From a virus (Duplodnaviria > Caudoviricetes): a stretch of 37,593 bases of DNA. The position numbers were made by a program, and so were the translations under genes. Location of the stretch: positions 1 to 37,593 of IMG/VR virus record IMGVR_UViG_3300037761_000095, one strand, 5' to 3'. Below the pieces are notes generated by a model. It was not told where the DNA came from. It ran no database searches and worked only from the letters and a program-made list of their open reading frames with translations. Below are positions 25,191-33,733 of this stretch, one piece after another. Every line of letters begins with the position of its first letter. Position 1 is the first letter of the stretch.

Positions 25191-25450
25191 GCGCGCGGGA
25201 GCGCATCGGCGACGGTACGCATAAGACGGTTGGCCACCTGCGAGCAGCGATCGAAGAACTGCCCGACGACGCGCAGATGTTTATCAACATCCCCGGCCAC
25301 GGCGAGGACTACGCCATCGACGAGGTCTGGCCATCCGATCAGATCCCCACAGGCGCGTGGGACTGGAAACAAGGCGACCCGCTTGTCGTCGGTCTCGAGA
25401 TTCATCTCGGCCTGTTCACCGAGAACGAGCCACCCGAGGGGGCGTCGTGA
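25187..25450 (+). CDS. Hypothetical protein
   Basis: GTGA overlap; KTVGHLRAAIEELPDDA. Confidence 0.65.
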   Translation: MSARERIGDGTHKTVGHLRAAIEELPDDAQMFINIPGHGEDYAIDEVWPSDQIPTGAWDWKQGDPLVVGLEIHLGLFTENEPPEGAS

Positions 25451-25638
25451 TGGCCGACGACTACCCGCGACCCGACCTCGAGCGCATGTACAAGATGCGG
25501 TCCTCGGGCCATTCCGGCAGCGGCGGAGGCGGCGGGTCGTCTCGGTCCGGCGGCGGCTGCCCGCCTGCCCTGGTCAGCATCCTCGCCGCGCCGTGGCTGC
25601 TGGACCTGCTGCTCACCGCATCCGGGCGGCTGACATGA
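25450..25638 (+). CDS. Hypothetical protein (Gly-rich, hydrophobic C-terminus)
   Basis: TGATG coupling. Confidence 0.55.
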   Translation: MADDYPRPDLERMYKMRSSGHSGSGGGGGSSRSGGGCPPALVSILAAPWLLDLLLTASGRLT

Positions 25639-25889
25639 CCGCCGTGGACACCGACCTGCGTGCCCTTTCGGTCAACCTCGAAGCCAAAACCGGCTTCGAC
25701 AGCATTCCGACGATCGAGCGCATCTATGCCCGCAACGAAGCCGGGGCTCCGCCCTACGACTGCCCATTCCCCCACTGCGCCGCCACGCGGCGCGACCCGG
25801 TGGAGATGTGGCGGCATGTCCATTTCGGTCGTAAGCATCCACTGTCGTTCGGCGTAACAAACGCAGCCCTGCTGGGCGGTGCGTCGTGA
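25635..25889 (+). CDS. Hypothetical protein with C2H2-like motif
   Basis: ATGA overlap; CPFPHC...WRHVHFGRKH. Confidence 0.55.
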   Translation: MTAVDTDLRALSVNLEAKTGFDSIPTIERIYARNEAGAPPYDCPFPHCAATRRDPVEMWRHVHFGRKHPLSFGVTNAALLGGAS

Positions 25890-25992
25890 CCGCCGAAGGC
25901 TGGCTGACCCTCGCCTGGGCTGCGCTGCTGCTCGGCGGCACCGCCGTGGTCGCCGCCCGCCGCCGCGAACACGCCGGACACCGGAGGCAGCG

Positions 25993-26160
25993 ATGAGCGC
26001 CCTGAGCGAGGCCATCAAGGCAGAGGCAGAGGTCCGGCAGCGCATCGCCGCCGACATCGAGAGCAACGCTGACCTCATTGCCGAGTACGCGGCCGACAAG
26101 GAATGCGCCGTTCACCTAGTCGCAATGCTCGTCGGCCTTGCTCGAGGCGACCAGCCGTGA
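25993..26160 (+). CDS. Hypothetical protein
   Basis: ATG after SD GGAGG; coupled to the next gene. Confidence 0.55.
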   Translation: MSALSEAIKAEAEVRQRIAADIESNADLIAEYAADKECAVHLVAMLVGLARGDQP

Positions 26161-26312
26161 GTGAACCAATGGGCGATTTGACGCTGGCACACCACATCTA
26201 CGTCTCGACGTACTGCCAACACGGACTGCACGACCGGTGTCGCCTGACATGCAAAATCTGCGCCGGTCCCTGCCGATGCCCGTGCCACGACACTCAAGCG
26301 GTGGCGATGTGA
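26157..26312 (+). CDS. Small Cys/His-rich protein
   Basis: HIYVSTYCQHGLHDRCRLTCKICAGPCRCPCH. Confidence 0.65.
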   Translation: MSEPMGDLTLAHHIYVSTYCQHGLHDRCRLTCKICAGPCRCPCHDTQAVAM

Positions 26313-26509
26313 GCCCTTACGCCTACATGTGCGAAGCGTGCCGACACGAGGCCAGCCGCCACCGGCTCATCAAGGGTGGGGACCTCAAGGCCGGCCCATA
26401 CCGCTGCCAGCGGTGCGGTTGCGAAACCGCCCAAGACGCGCCGACGTACGGCCTCACCCAAGGCCAGTACGAGATTTATCGGCGCGGTACGGCAAGAGCG
26501 CAGCCATGA
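26309..26509 (+). CDS. Small zinc-ribbon protein
   Basis: CEACRH...H...CQRCGC; GTGA overlap. Confidence 0.55.
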   Translation: MSPYAYMCEACRHEASRHRLIKGGDLKAGPYRCQRCGCETAQDAPTYGLTQGQYEIYRRGTARAQP

Positions 26510-26620
26510 CCGGCCCCGACCCGCTGCAGGACCGCGTCGACGACGCCGGCGGCGCAGACCTCGGCTGCGGCGACAGCACCGACAACCACTCAACCCGCTG
26601 ATCCCTCGAAGGGGGAGCAA

Positions 26621-26923
26621 ATGACCACCCTGGCAGGCAACCTTCCAACCGACGAGAACCACAACGGCATCCCCGCGATCCAAGACGAGCTGATCAAGGA
26701 CCCTGGCAAGCGGCAGGTGGTCGTCGCGTACATCGACGCGGTGAAGCTGACCACCAAGACCGACGACGGGACGACCGAGCCGACTCTGCGAATTCGGCGC
26801 GTCGAGGTCGCGGTGACGGAGAAGCATCAGCAGGCCCTCGTGCAGATCATGGATGAGATCACGCAGGACCGGATGGGGATGCTCCCGTTCGACGGCGAGG
26901 ACGACGACCCCGACGCCACCTGA
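26621..26923 (+). CDS. Hypothetical protein
   Basis: SD GGGGGAG, good codon usage, PTLRIRRVE motif. Confidence 0.7.
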   Translation: MTTLAGNLPTDENHNGIPAIQDELIKDPGKRQVVVAYIDAVKLTTKTDDGTTEPTLRIRRVEVAVTEKHQQALVQIMDEITQDRMGMLPFDGEDDDPDAT

Positions 26924-27102
26924 GACGCCCGCCGGCCGCGTCGAGTCCCCCCACTCGAGCTCCGCGGACCGGCGGGTCTAAACCCGGCGCCCCCTGCCGG
27001 AGCCGACAGCAGACCTGGCAGGGGGGCCGGCACCAAAGAGCGGCCCCCGGACCCGCTTCCCCACAGGCCGAGGACCGCTCGCATCAACGGAAGGACACGA
27101 TA
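26923..27102. ncRNA. Intergenic triple-hairpin element (candidate ncRNA or regulatory RNA)
   Basis: Three consecutive long stems at 26923-26979, 26984-27030 and 27038-27080; antisense -10 TATCGT at 27097-27102. Confidence 0.45.
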
Positions 27103-27106
27103 CGCG

Positions 27107-27280
27107 ATGACCGCCGCCGAGGCCCTCAAGGCCATCGACCACCTCGCCAACAAGACGCAGGCGATGACGCCCGCCGACCAACTCGAGGCCATCCGCGAAG
27201 TCCTCAAGGACTACCACGCGCTTGGCTTCTACGAGCACACGGCGCGGGCGATGGACGTCATCTACGGGGAGCCGTCGTGA
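27107..27280 (+). CDS. Hypothetical protein (57 aa, not in the ORF track)
   Basis: MTAAEALKAIDHLANKTQAM...; GTGA overlap with the next gene. Confidence 0.6.
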   Translation: MTAAEALKAIDHLANKTQAMTPADQLEAIREVLKDYHALGFYEHTARAMDVIYGEPS

Positions 27281-27483
27281 GCGACCGTCCCTGCCCGACA
27301 TGCGACGGCAAACGGTGGATGCCCGACCCCCACTTCCCGCTGACCCGCAACGAACCGTGCCGCGACTGCAACGGCACCGGCGAGGACATCCACGACGTGG
27401 AGCAGTCCCCCGTGCTCGAGGTCGACGAGGAGTACGAACTCGACGAACTCACCGGCCAGTGGCGCCGTGTCTGGGGTGCGTGA
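27277..27483 (+). CDS. Small protein with DnaJ-type CxxCxG motifs
   Basis: CPTCDGK...CRDCNGTG. Confidence 0.6.
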   Translation: MSDRPCPTCDGKRWMPDPHFPLTRNEPCRDCNGTGEDIHDVEQSPVLEVDEEYELDELTGQWRRVWGA

Positions 27484-27671
27484 TGGAGGGCATCCAGCAC
27501 CGGTGGGACTGCCCCGCCCGCAAGCACCTCACCGAAGCCGCGGCAGCCGAGGTCGTCGGTCAGCAGTTCGAGCCTGCCGGCTTCGTCGTCACGCACACGC
27601 GCTGCCGATTCTGCGGCCGAGCCGCAGCGGTCCGGTCGCGCACACCCGAGAGGAAACTCGATGAGCACTGA
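27483..27671 (+). CDS. Hypothetical protein
   Basis: TGATG coupling; HRWDC...CRFCG. Confidence 0.5.
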   Translation: MEGIQHRWDCPARKHLTEAAAAEVVGQQFEPAGFVVTHTRCRFCGRAAAVRSRTPERKLDEH

Positions 27672-28344
27672 TCTTGTCCACGCGCCGGCGTCCGACCTGG
27701 CCATCACCGCCGACCAGACCTTCTGGACCGACAAGCAACGCGCCGCCCTCGTCCAGCTAGGCGTGGCGAACGCGCACAACGCCGACCTAGCGGTGTTCTT
27801 CCACCAAGTCGTCCGCACTGGCCTGGACCCGTTCCTCAAGCAGATCTACATGATCGAGCGGGACGGGAAGCAGACCATCCAAACAGGCATCGACGGCTTC
27901 CGTCTCATCGCCCGCCGCGCCGTCGACCAGCGCCGGGAGACGTTGGGCTACGAGGACACCCTGTGGTGCGGCGCCGATGGCGACTGGAAGCAGGTGTGGC
28001 TTGACTCTGAGCCCCCGTACGCCGCCGCCGTGGTGGCGCTCCGCAACGGGAACCGCTTCCCGGCGATTGCCCTCTACAACGAGTACGTCGTCAAGAAGCG
28101 GGACGGGAAGCCGAACCGGGTGTGGGCGGGCCGTCCGGCTGGGCAGTTGGAGAAGTGCGCCGAGGCGCTGGCGCTGCGGAAGGCGTTCCCGCAGGACCTG
28201 TCCGGTCTCTACACCTCCGACGAGATGAAAGCCGAGCACGCGCCGGAGGCGACTTGGGACGCCGAGGTCGTCGAAGAGCACGTCGAGACGAACCCCGACC
28301 AAGACGAGCTCCCGAACGCCTTCCCCGACGAGGCCAAGCCGTGA
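27661..28344 (+). CDS. RecT/Bet-family single-strand annealing protein
   Basis: RTGLDPFLKQIY, QTGIDGFRLIA, W..RP..QL.KCAEALALRKAFP..LSGLY..DEM. Confidence 0.9.
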   Translation: MSTDLVHAPASDLAITADQTFWTDKQRAALVQLGVANAHNADLAVFFHQVVRTGLDPFLKQIYMIERDGKQTIQTGIDGFRLIARRAVDQRRETLGYEDTLWCGADGDWKQVWLDSEPPYAAAVVALRNGNRFPAIALYNEYVVKKRDGKPNRVWAGRPAGQLEKCAEALALRKAFPQDLSGLYTSDEMKAEHAPEATWDAEVVEEHVETNPDQDELPNAFPDEAKP

Positions 28345-28423
28345 CCCGGCTGGGGTGGCTGCTGCGGCTGCTCACCCGGTGGCTCAACCCGAACCGCACC
28401 ATCATCCACTGGAAGGCCGACCG

Positions 28424-28642
28424 ATGAATGTCCAGACCGTCGTGCGCTTCGACCACGTGAACATCCCCGACTGGGACTACCACGAGTGGATCCGCCAGGA
28501 CTTCGTCAAGGCCGATGCCCGAGGGCGCCTCAATCCGCGCATGTGGAACGCGCATTGGCTCCTGATCGTCTGCAACAACCCCGACTGCACCGCTGAAGCC
28601 CTCATCAACGTTCAGGGAATCCTTGAGGAGTTACCCCGATGA
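28424..28642 (+). CDS. Hypothetical protein
   Basis: ATGA overlaps; CNNPDC motif. Confidence 0.55.
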   Translation: MNVQTVVRFDHVNIPDWDYHEWIRQDFVKADARGRLNPRMWNAHWLLIVCNNPDCTAEALINVQGILEELPR

Positions 28643-29028
28643 CCGCCGCTGAGAACCCCACCGACCTGCACCGCGTACCTCGCCGCCGCCCCGACCCGGT
28701 CGTCGACTGGCTGGACGGCAAGCGGGAGGTGATCGACGGCCTGGCCGTCCTCGACGGGCACGTCATCGCCGAGACCGTGGAGTTCACCGCCGACCCGCCG
28801 CACCCGCAGCGCTACCTGCCACCGGTCGGGTGGATTCCGATCGACGAGAACATCGCCACCCCGATCTTCGACGGCCTGGACGCCGACTGCCAGCCATCCC
28901 GCACCCCCACCGGCCGCGTCTCCCGCAAGCCGCCGCGGCTGCCCTACACCGGCGGCGTCGCCTACCAGGTGTTCGTGGACGGGTCCAGGGATGACCACCA
29001 CTCCTACTTCCACGGTGGACGGCGATGA
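28639..29028 (+). CDS. Hypothetical protein
   Basis: SD GAGGAG, coupled on both sides. Confidence 0.55.
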   Translation: MTAAENPTDLHRVPRRRPDPVVDWLDGKREVIDGLAVLDGHVIAETVEFTADPPHPQRYLPPVGWIPIDENIATPIFDGLDADCQPSRTPTGRVSRKPPRLPYTGGVAYQVFVDGSRDDHHSYFHGGRR

Positions 29029-29276
29029 GCGACTTCGATGTGGCGGTCGAGCTGGCCATCGAGATGTGCGACCACGGTGGGTCGACGGTCTGCGTGGACT
29101 GCTCGCGGCGAGGCAAACGGCTCGTCCCCACGGTGCTGCGGTACGCCGACGCCCAGGTCGCCGCCGAACGGAAACGCATCGCCGCCGCCATTCGGGCCAT
29201 CAAATCCGCCGACGTGTGCGTGGATTGGGCACGGCGCCACGTCCTCCGCATCGTCCAGGCCGGTGAGCCGTCGTGA
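29025..29276 (+). CDS. Hypothetical protein
   Basis: ATGA overlap; AAERKRIAAAI. Confidence 0.55.
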   Translation: MSDFDVAVELAIEMCDHGGSTVCVDCSRRGKRLVPTVLRYADAQVAAERKRIAAAIRAIKSADVCVDWARRHVLRIVQAGEPS

Positions 29277-29453
29277 CCGCTGCGCAGTGCCTGCCCATCT
29301 TGGTCGGCGTCCTGTTCGCCGGCGGCCTCATCGGCTGGTGGGGATTCGGCGCCTGGCTACGCAACCGGCGGTGGCCGTGAACCTCGCCGCGCATCAGGCC
29401 GCCATCACCCCGGCCCCCACCTGCCCCGGCTGTGGCGCCACCGGGAGGCCGCG

Positions 29454-29735
29454 ATGAGGCACGAACTCAAGACATTACCCAGCGCATGGCTCGCGGGAGC
29501 CGAGGGACGGCGCCGGGTCGAAATCCGCCGCGACGACCGGGGCATCAACGACGGCGACCTAGTCACCTTCCGTGAGTGGGAGCCTGACGGCGGCTACACC
29601 GGCCAGACATACACAGCACTGGTGACCCACGTGCTGCGCTCCACAGACTTGGCGTGCGGCTCCGGGCTCGTCGAGGGCTTCGCAGCACTGTCCGTCATCC
29701 CGCTATATGGCGATCCGGACGGTGAGCAGTCGTGA
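29454..29735 (+). CDS. ASCH/PUA-like DUF3850 protein
   Basis: HELKT...EIRRDDRG...GD...REW....YTG...VTHV. Confidence 0.8.
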   Translation: MRHELKTLPSAWLAGAEGRRRVEIRRDDRGINDGDLVTFREWEPDGGYTGQTYTALVTHVLRSTDLACGSGLVEGFAALSVIPLYGDPDGEQS

Positions 29736-30094
29736 CCACCCTGTACGTCGCTGGACCCATGACCGGGCTGCCCGCGTTCAACTACCCGGCATTCAACTCG
29801 GCGGCCCGACGGCTGCGCGTCCTCGGTTATCACGTCCTCAACCCCGTCGACGTGGAGAAGCACACCACGTCCAGCGCCCCGCAGCCGTGGGAGTGGTACA
29901 TGCGGCACGCGCTGCGGATGGTGCTCGACGCGGACGGCCTGGCCCTGTTGGAGAACTGGCAAGACTCACGTGGGGCGACCCTGGAAGTTCACGTCGCCGA
30001 AGCCCTCGCCTTGCCCGCCCAGCCGCTGCTGTGGTGGGTCGACAAGGCGCTCACAGAGCGGGCCGCCGCCGCCCGGATTGGAGCGCAGCCGTGA
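29732..30094 (+). CDS. DUF4406-family protein (nucleoside deoxyribosyltransferase-like fold)
   Basis: YVAGPMTGLP.FNYPAF...LNP...W..YMR..L....D....L..W..SRGA.LE. Confidence 0.85.
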   Translation: MTTLYVAGPMTGLPAFNYPAFNSAARRLRVLGYHVLNPVDVEKHTTSSAPQPWEWYMRHALRMVLDADGLALLENWQDSRGATLEVHVAEALALPAQPLLWWVDKALTERAAAARIGAQP

Positions 30095-30354
30095 CCGCCC
30101 CCGCGCACACCTGGCAGCAGAGCAGCCCGCTGTGCCCCGGCTGCGGCCAGCCGATGGCGCCCACCCCCACCGGGCACTACACCTGCGACCACACCGACGT
30201 GACGCCGACGCCGTACGACCTGCCACGCGGCGACGACACCGCCGTCCCCAACCACACGCCGCGGCTGTCGTCGGCGCCGTGGCCCACCCGACCCGACCAC
30301 GGCCCCACGGTGCTGCACACCGAAGGCCCACCCAGACGGCGAGGCCGCCGATGA
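30091..30354 (+). CDS. Hypothetical protein
   Basis: GTGA and ATGA overlaps; CPGCGQPM motif. Confidence 0.45.
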   Translation: MTAPAHTWQQSSPLCPGCGQPMAPTPTGHYTCDHTDVTPTPYDLPRGDDTAVPNHTPRLSSAPWPTRPDHGPTVLHTEGPPRRRGRR

Positions 30355-31019
30355 GCACGCCCTACTACGCCGACGGCGCGGCGACGCTGTGGCATGGGGA
30401 CTGCCGCGAGATCACCGCGTGGCTGGACGCCGACGTGCTGGTCACCGATCCGCCGTACGGCATCGCATGGCGTTACGGAGTCAACAAGCGCCGCAGTTCC
30501 TTCGGGCATGACGGCATCGTCAACGACGAAGACACAACGGTGCGCGATGAGGCTCTCGCGATGTGGCACACCCGCCGCCCGGGAGTCGTCTTCGGAACGT
30601 GGGCCGCACCATTCCCGGCCAACGTGCAAGTCCTGGTCTGGCGGAAGCCGATCGATGCTGGCGTCGTGGGCAGCGTGACCGGATTCCGACGTGACACAGA
30701 ACTGATCTTCCTTATCGGACGCTGGCCCCGACAGGATGCGCGTCGTTCGTCGGTGCTCGTCACGAACAGCAACAAGAACGCTTACCTACGTCCCGGACAA
30801 CATCCGCACGCAAAGCCAGTTGGCCTGATGGAGACCATCCTCGAGTTTACCCCCGCCGGTGTCATCGCTGATCCGTTCGTCGGTTCTGGTGCGACGCTGA
30901 TCGCAGCCCGCAACCTCGGCCGTCGTGCTGTCGGCGTGGAACTGGACGAGCGTTACTGCGAGATCGCCGCCCGTCGCCTCGCGCAAGGCATCCTCACGCC
31001 GGCCGGTGAGCAGCCGTGA
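30351..31019 (+). CDS. DNA methyltransferase (N6-A/N4-C, beta-type motif order)
   Basis: VTDPPYG, HPHAKP, DPFVGSGATL, GVELDERYC. Confidence 0.92.
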   Translation: MSTPYYADGAATLWHGDCREITAWLDADVLVTDPPYGIAWRYGVNKRRSSFGHDGIVNDEDTTVRDEALAMWHTRRPGVVFGTWAAPFPANVQVLVWRKPIDAGVVGSVTGFRRDTELIFLIGRWPRQDARRSSVLVTNSNKNAYLRPGQHPHAKPVGLMETILEFTPAGVIADPFVGSGATLIAARNLGRRAVGVELDERYCEIAARRLAQGILTPAGEQP

Positions 31020-31393
31020 CCCGGCGGATCGTCCTCGACGGCATCGACCCGAAGATGCTCCTAAGCATCAACGAGCAGAACCGCAAGGGCCACTGGTCCC
31101 GCACCGCCGCGACCCGCTACTGGCGGCCACTCCTCCGCGCCGCCCTCGGACCCGTCGGCACCTTCTCCAACTACGACCGCGCCCAGATCGACGTCCGGTT
31201 CCGGTTCCCCAACAACATCGTCCGCGACACCGGCAACCTGTACCCGGTCGCCAAGATCCTCGTCGACGCCCTCGCCGACTGCAACGCCATCCTCGCCGAC
31301 GACGACCGGCACGTCGTCGGACCGCACCTGTGGCGGGACTGGCCCAACGGACCCCACCGCGTCACCATCGACATCCGCGAGGCGCAGCCATGA
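31016..31393 (+). CDS. RusA-like endonuclease/resolvase
   Basis: RD..NLYP..K..VDAL.D.....DDD motif. Confidence 0.75.
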   Translation: MTRRIVLDGIDPKMLLSINEQNRKGHWSRTAATRYWRPLLRAALGPVGTFSNYDRAQIDVRFRFPNNIVRDTGNLYPVAKILVDALADCNAILADDDRHVVGPHLWRDWPNGPHRVTIDIREAQP

Positions 31394-31584
31394 CCGCCGC
31401 CATCGCTGACCGCCGCATCCAACTCCGTAGAGCCCTGATCGAGGCGCTGAACCAGCAGAGCACGTCCAGCGACCACTCCTGGCTCACCCGCGAAGAGGTC
31501 ATCGACGCCGTTATCCCGGTCGTGGAAGCGAACACCGTCGTCGTGGTCCACAACGTCCAGTGCTCCCACGAGGTGACGCTATGA
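31390..31584 (+). CDS. Hypothetical protein
   Basis: ATGA overlaps on both sides. Confidence 0.5.
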   Translation: MTAAIADRRIQLRRALIEALNQQSTSSDHSWLTREEVIDAVIPVVEANTVVVVHNVQCSHEVTL

Positions 31585-32081
31585 CCGCCATGCCAGGCCG
31601 CCGCACCGACTACCTGTACCCCGTCGCGTTCACCCCGTCCGGCCCGGCCTGGCCACAACGCAAGAAGCCGATCAGAGCCAACCGGGACGACCTGCCCTCC
31701 TGGGACGGCGCCGCCTGCACCGGCGAGAACACTCAGCTGTGGTTCTCCGATAGCAGTGAAGACCGCACCAAAGCCCTCGCCATCTGCGCCCGCTGCCCCT
31801 ACACCGGCGGCCACGGCGCCTGTGCCACCTTTGCCCGCGAGGCCATCAGCCCGAAGATCCACGACGGCATCTGGGGCGGCATCGACATGGGCGTCAAGGA
31901 GAACCGTGTGCGGCCCGTCATGTGCATCGGGCCGGGCTGCGACAAGGCCGCCACCGGGCGGCGGAAGTACTGCTCGGACCGCTGCTACTGGAGAGCGGAC
32001 GTACAGCGGCGACGGGGCAGGCAGCGACAGTCCACCGAGTTCTCCACAGGCCAGGTTGCGGCATCGGCGGGTGCCAGATGA
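31581..32081 (+). CDS. whiB: WhiB-family Fe-S transcription regulator with an extra C-terminal Cys motif
   Basis: AAC...LWF...AICARCP...AC...GIWGG; then C....C...RRKYCSDRC. Confidence 0.85.
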   Translation: MTAMPGRRTDYLYPVAFTPSGPAWPQRKKPIRANRDDLPSWDGAACTGENTQLWFSDSSEDRTKALAICARCPYTGGHGACATFAREAISPKIHDGIWGGIDMGVKENRVRPVMCIGPGCDKAATGRRKYCSDRCYWRADVQRRRGRQRQSTEFSTGQVAASAGAR

Positions 32082-32284
32082 AGAAAAAGATGACCCGCGA
32101 GGACCTGCTCAAGGCGCTCCTCGTCGAACGGTTCGGCCCGCGGCCTCGTGACACTCGCACCGTCGTCTACGTCGTGGAGGAACCCATCCACGACGACACA
32201 CTCCGGACCATCAAACGTCGACGGAAAGAACTCGAGGAAGCCGATCGAGAAGCCGACCAGCGGGTAAAGAAAGAGTCCGCATAG
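32078..32284 (+). CDS. Hypothetical protein
   Basis: ATGA overlap; LLVERFGP...RRRKEL. Confidence 0.6.
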   Translation: MKKKMTREDLLKALLVERFGPRPRDTRTVVYVVEEPIHDDTLRTIKRRRKELEEADREADQRVKKESA

Positions 32285-32311
32285 TGGAAGGGAGGTGGCC
32301 GCATTGTCGCA

Positions 32312-32433
32312 GGTCAGAGGCCATATGTGGGACAATGGACGGCAGCAACGAGGCCGCCCGACGCTCCCACGCCAGACGGCCTCTGACCGAACCGCCCTTA
32401 GAGGAGAAGGGGGTCGGCTGGTGGCCGATTCTA
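32312..32433. promoter_or_regulatory. Leader cassette 2: extended -10, 39-nt motif, SD hairpin, antisense -10
   Basis: TGgGACAAT at 32328-32336; motif 32350-32388; antisense TAGAAT at 32428-32433; upstream 11-bp inverted copy at 32312-32322. Confidence 0.6.
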
Positions 32434-32993
32434 ATCGCGCGCACGCCGTGTCGGGCATCAAGGCCGTTCCCAAGCGGTATCGCGGGACGCAGTTCCGGTC
32501 CACGTTGGAAGCCGACTGGGCCGCCACCTTCGACCAACTCGGATGGCACTGGCAGTACGAGCCCGTCGCCATCGAACTGCCTGACGGAACGCCCTACCTG
32601 CCCGACTTCTACCTGCCATCGCAGCGCGTCTGGTGCGAAGTGAAGGGTCCGCACAACGAGCGGATCAAGAGCCCGATCGATCTACAGAAGGCACTCGACT
32701 ACGAAGCCACCCCATGGGAATGGTCCGCTGGACTCGTCGTCATATTGCGACCACCGGGGCCAGGCGAGCGGGCGATGTGGGAAGGCACTCGTGACGATCA
32801 ATGCATCGTCCTTGTTCGATGCCCTCACTGCCAGCACCACGGCTTCATGGATCTCAGTGGTCTCTGGGCTTGTCGCCGACACCTAAGGGCATCCGGTCAG
32901 ACAAACAAGTTCTGGAACGACGCGCCTGGCGGCGTTGTCTATCACGACGGGGAATACCCATTCACTCGAGTCAAAAGGAAGGGGGGCAAGTAG
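32421..32993 (+). CDS. PD-(D/E)XK-type nuclease-like protein
   Basis: IKAVP..YRG..FRS.LEA.WA..FD.LG..W.YEP...YLPDFYLP...EVKG; start reassigned to GTG 32421 after GAGGAG/AAGGGGG. Confidence 0.8.
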   Translation: MADSNRAHAVSGIKAVPKRYRGTQFRSTLEADWAATFDQLGWHWQYEPVAIELPDGTPYLPDFYLPSQRVWCEVKGPHNERIKSPIDLQKALDYEATPWEWSAGLVVILRPPGPGERAMWEGTRDDQCIVLVRCPHCQHHGFMDLSGLWACRRHLRASGQTNKFWNDAPGGVVYHDGEYPFTRVKRKGGK

Positions 32994-33733
32994 TGCGAAT
33001 CCGTTCCATCCGGCCGGAGTTCTGGACCAGCGAGGACGTCGCTGCGTTGTCCTGGGAAGACCGGCTGGTCTTCATCGGCCTCTGGTCCTACGTCGATGAC
33101 AACGGTGTTGGCCGCGACGACGAGCGCCTGATTGTTGCCGATTTGTTCCCCCTCGATGCGAAGCCTCGCGAGGCCTCGGCGAGGGTTCATGGAGCCCTCG
33201 AACGGCTTGTTCATCGGGGTTTGATCACTAGGTTCACAGTGAATATCAACGAACAAGCTCGAAAGTTCATTCATGTGTGCAATTTCAGCAAGCATCAGAA
33301 GATCGACCACAAGAGCCGGGGACGCTACCCTCTCCCCACCAGCGCAAACGCAAAAGTGAACACGAACACTCGTGGAACCCTCGACGAGCCCTCAGCGAGC
33401 CCTCGCGATGAACAACCTATTGGAGAAGGGGAGAAGGGGAGAAGGGGAGAAGAAAGAACACGCTCATCGGCTGACGCCGATGGACTGTTCGACAAGTTCT
33501 GGGACGCCGTCCCGCGCAAGATCGGGAAGAAGGCCGCACGACGCGAGTGGGATAAGGCGATCAAGGAGACTGACCCAGACCAGCTGCTCGCCACCATGTC
33601 GCTCTACGCCGCATCCGTCGCCAACACCGACCCCAAGTTCATCGCTCACCCACGCACTTGGCTCAGCCAAGGCCGCTGGGAGGACGACGTCGACTACCAG
33701 CCGGCAGTCACCGGCGCCTGGTGGGACAACTGA
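32993..33733 (+). CDS. Replication initiator (lambda O / DnaD-like)
   Basis: RIRSIRPEFW..., LVFIGLWSYVDDNG, FDKFWDAVPRKIGKKAA...W, HPRTWL..GRWED. Confidence 0.85.
   Translation: MRIRSIRPEFWTSEDVAALSWEDRLVFIGLWSYVDDNGVGRDDERLIVADLFPLDAKPREASARVHGALERLVHRGLITRFTVNINEQARKFIHVCNFSKHQKIDHKSRGRYPLPTSANAKVNTNTRGTLDEPSASPRDEQPIGEGEKGRRGEERTRSSADADGLFDKFWDAVPRKIGKKAARREWDKAIKETDPDQLLATMSLYAASVANTDPKFIAHPRTWLSQGRWEDDVDYQPAVTGAWWDN
33372..33460 (+). repeat. Candidate replication origin iterons inside the initiator gene
   Basis: GA(A/G)CCCTC repeats followed by four GGAGAAG purine repeats in the low-complexity linker. Confidence 0.55.

Noticed and set aside
30351-32993. Methyltransferase plus PD-(D/E)XK nuclease as a restriction-modification system
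   Set aside because: The genes are separated by four others, and both types are common as solitary genes in phage early regions.
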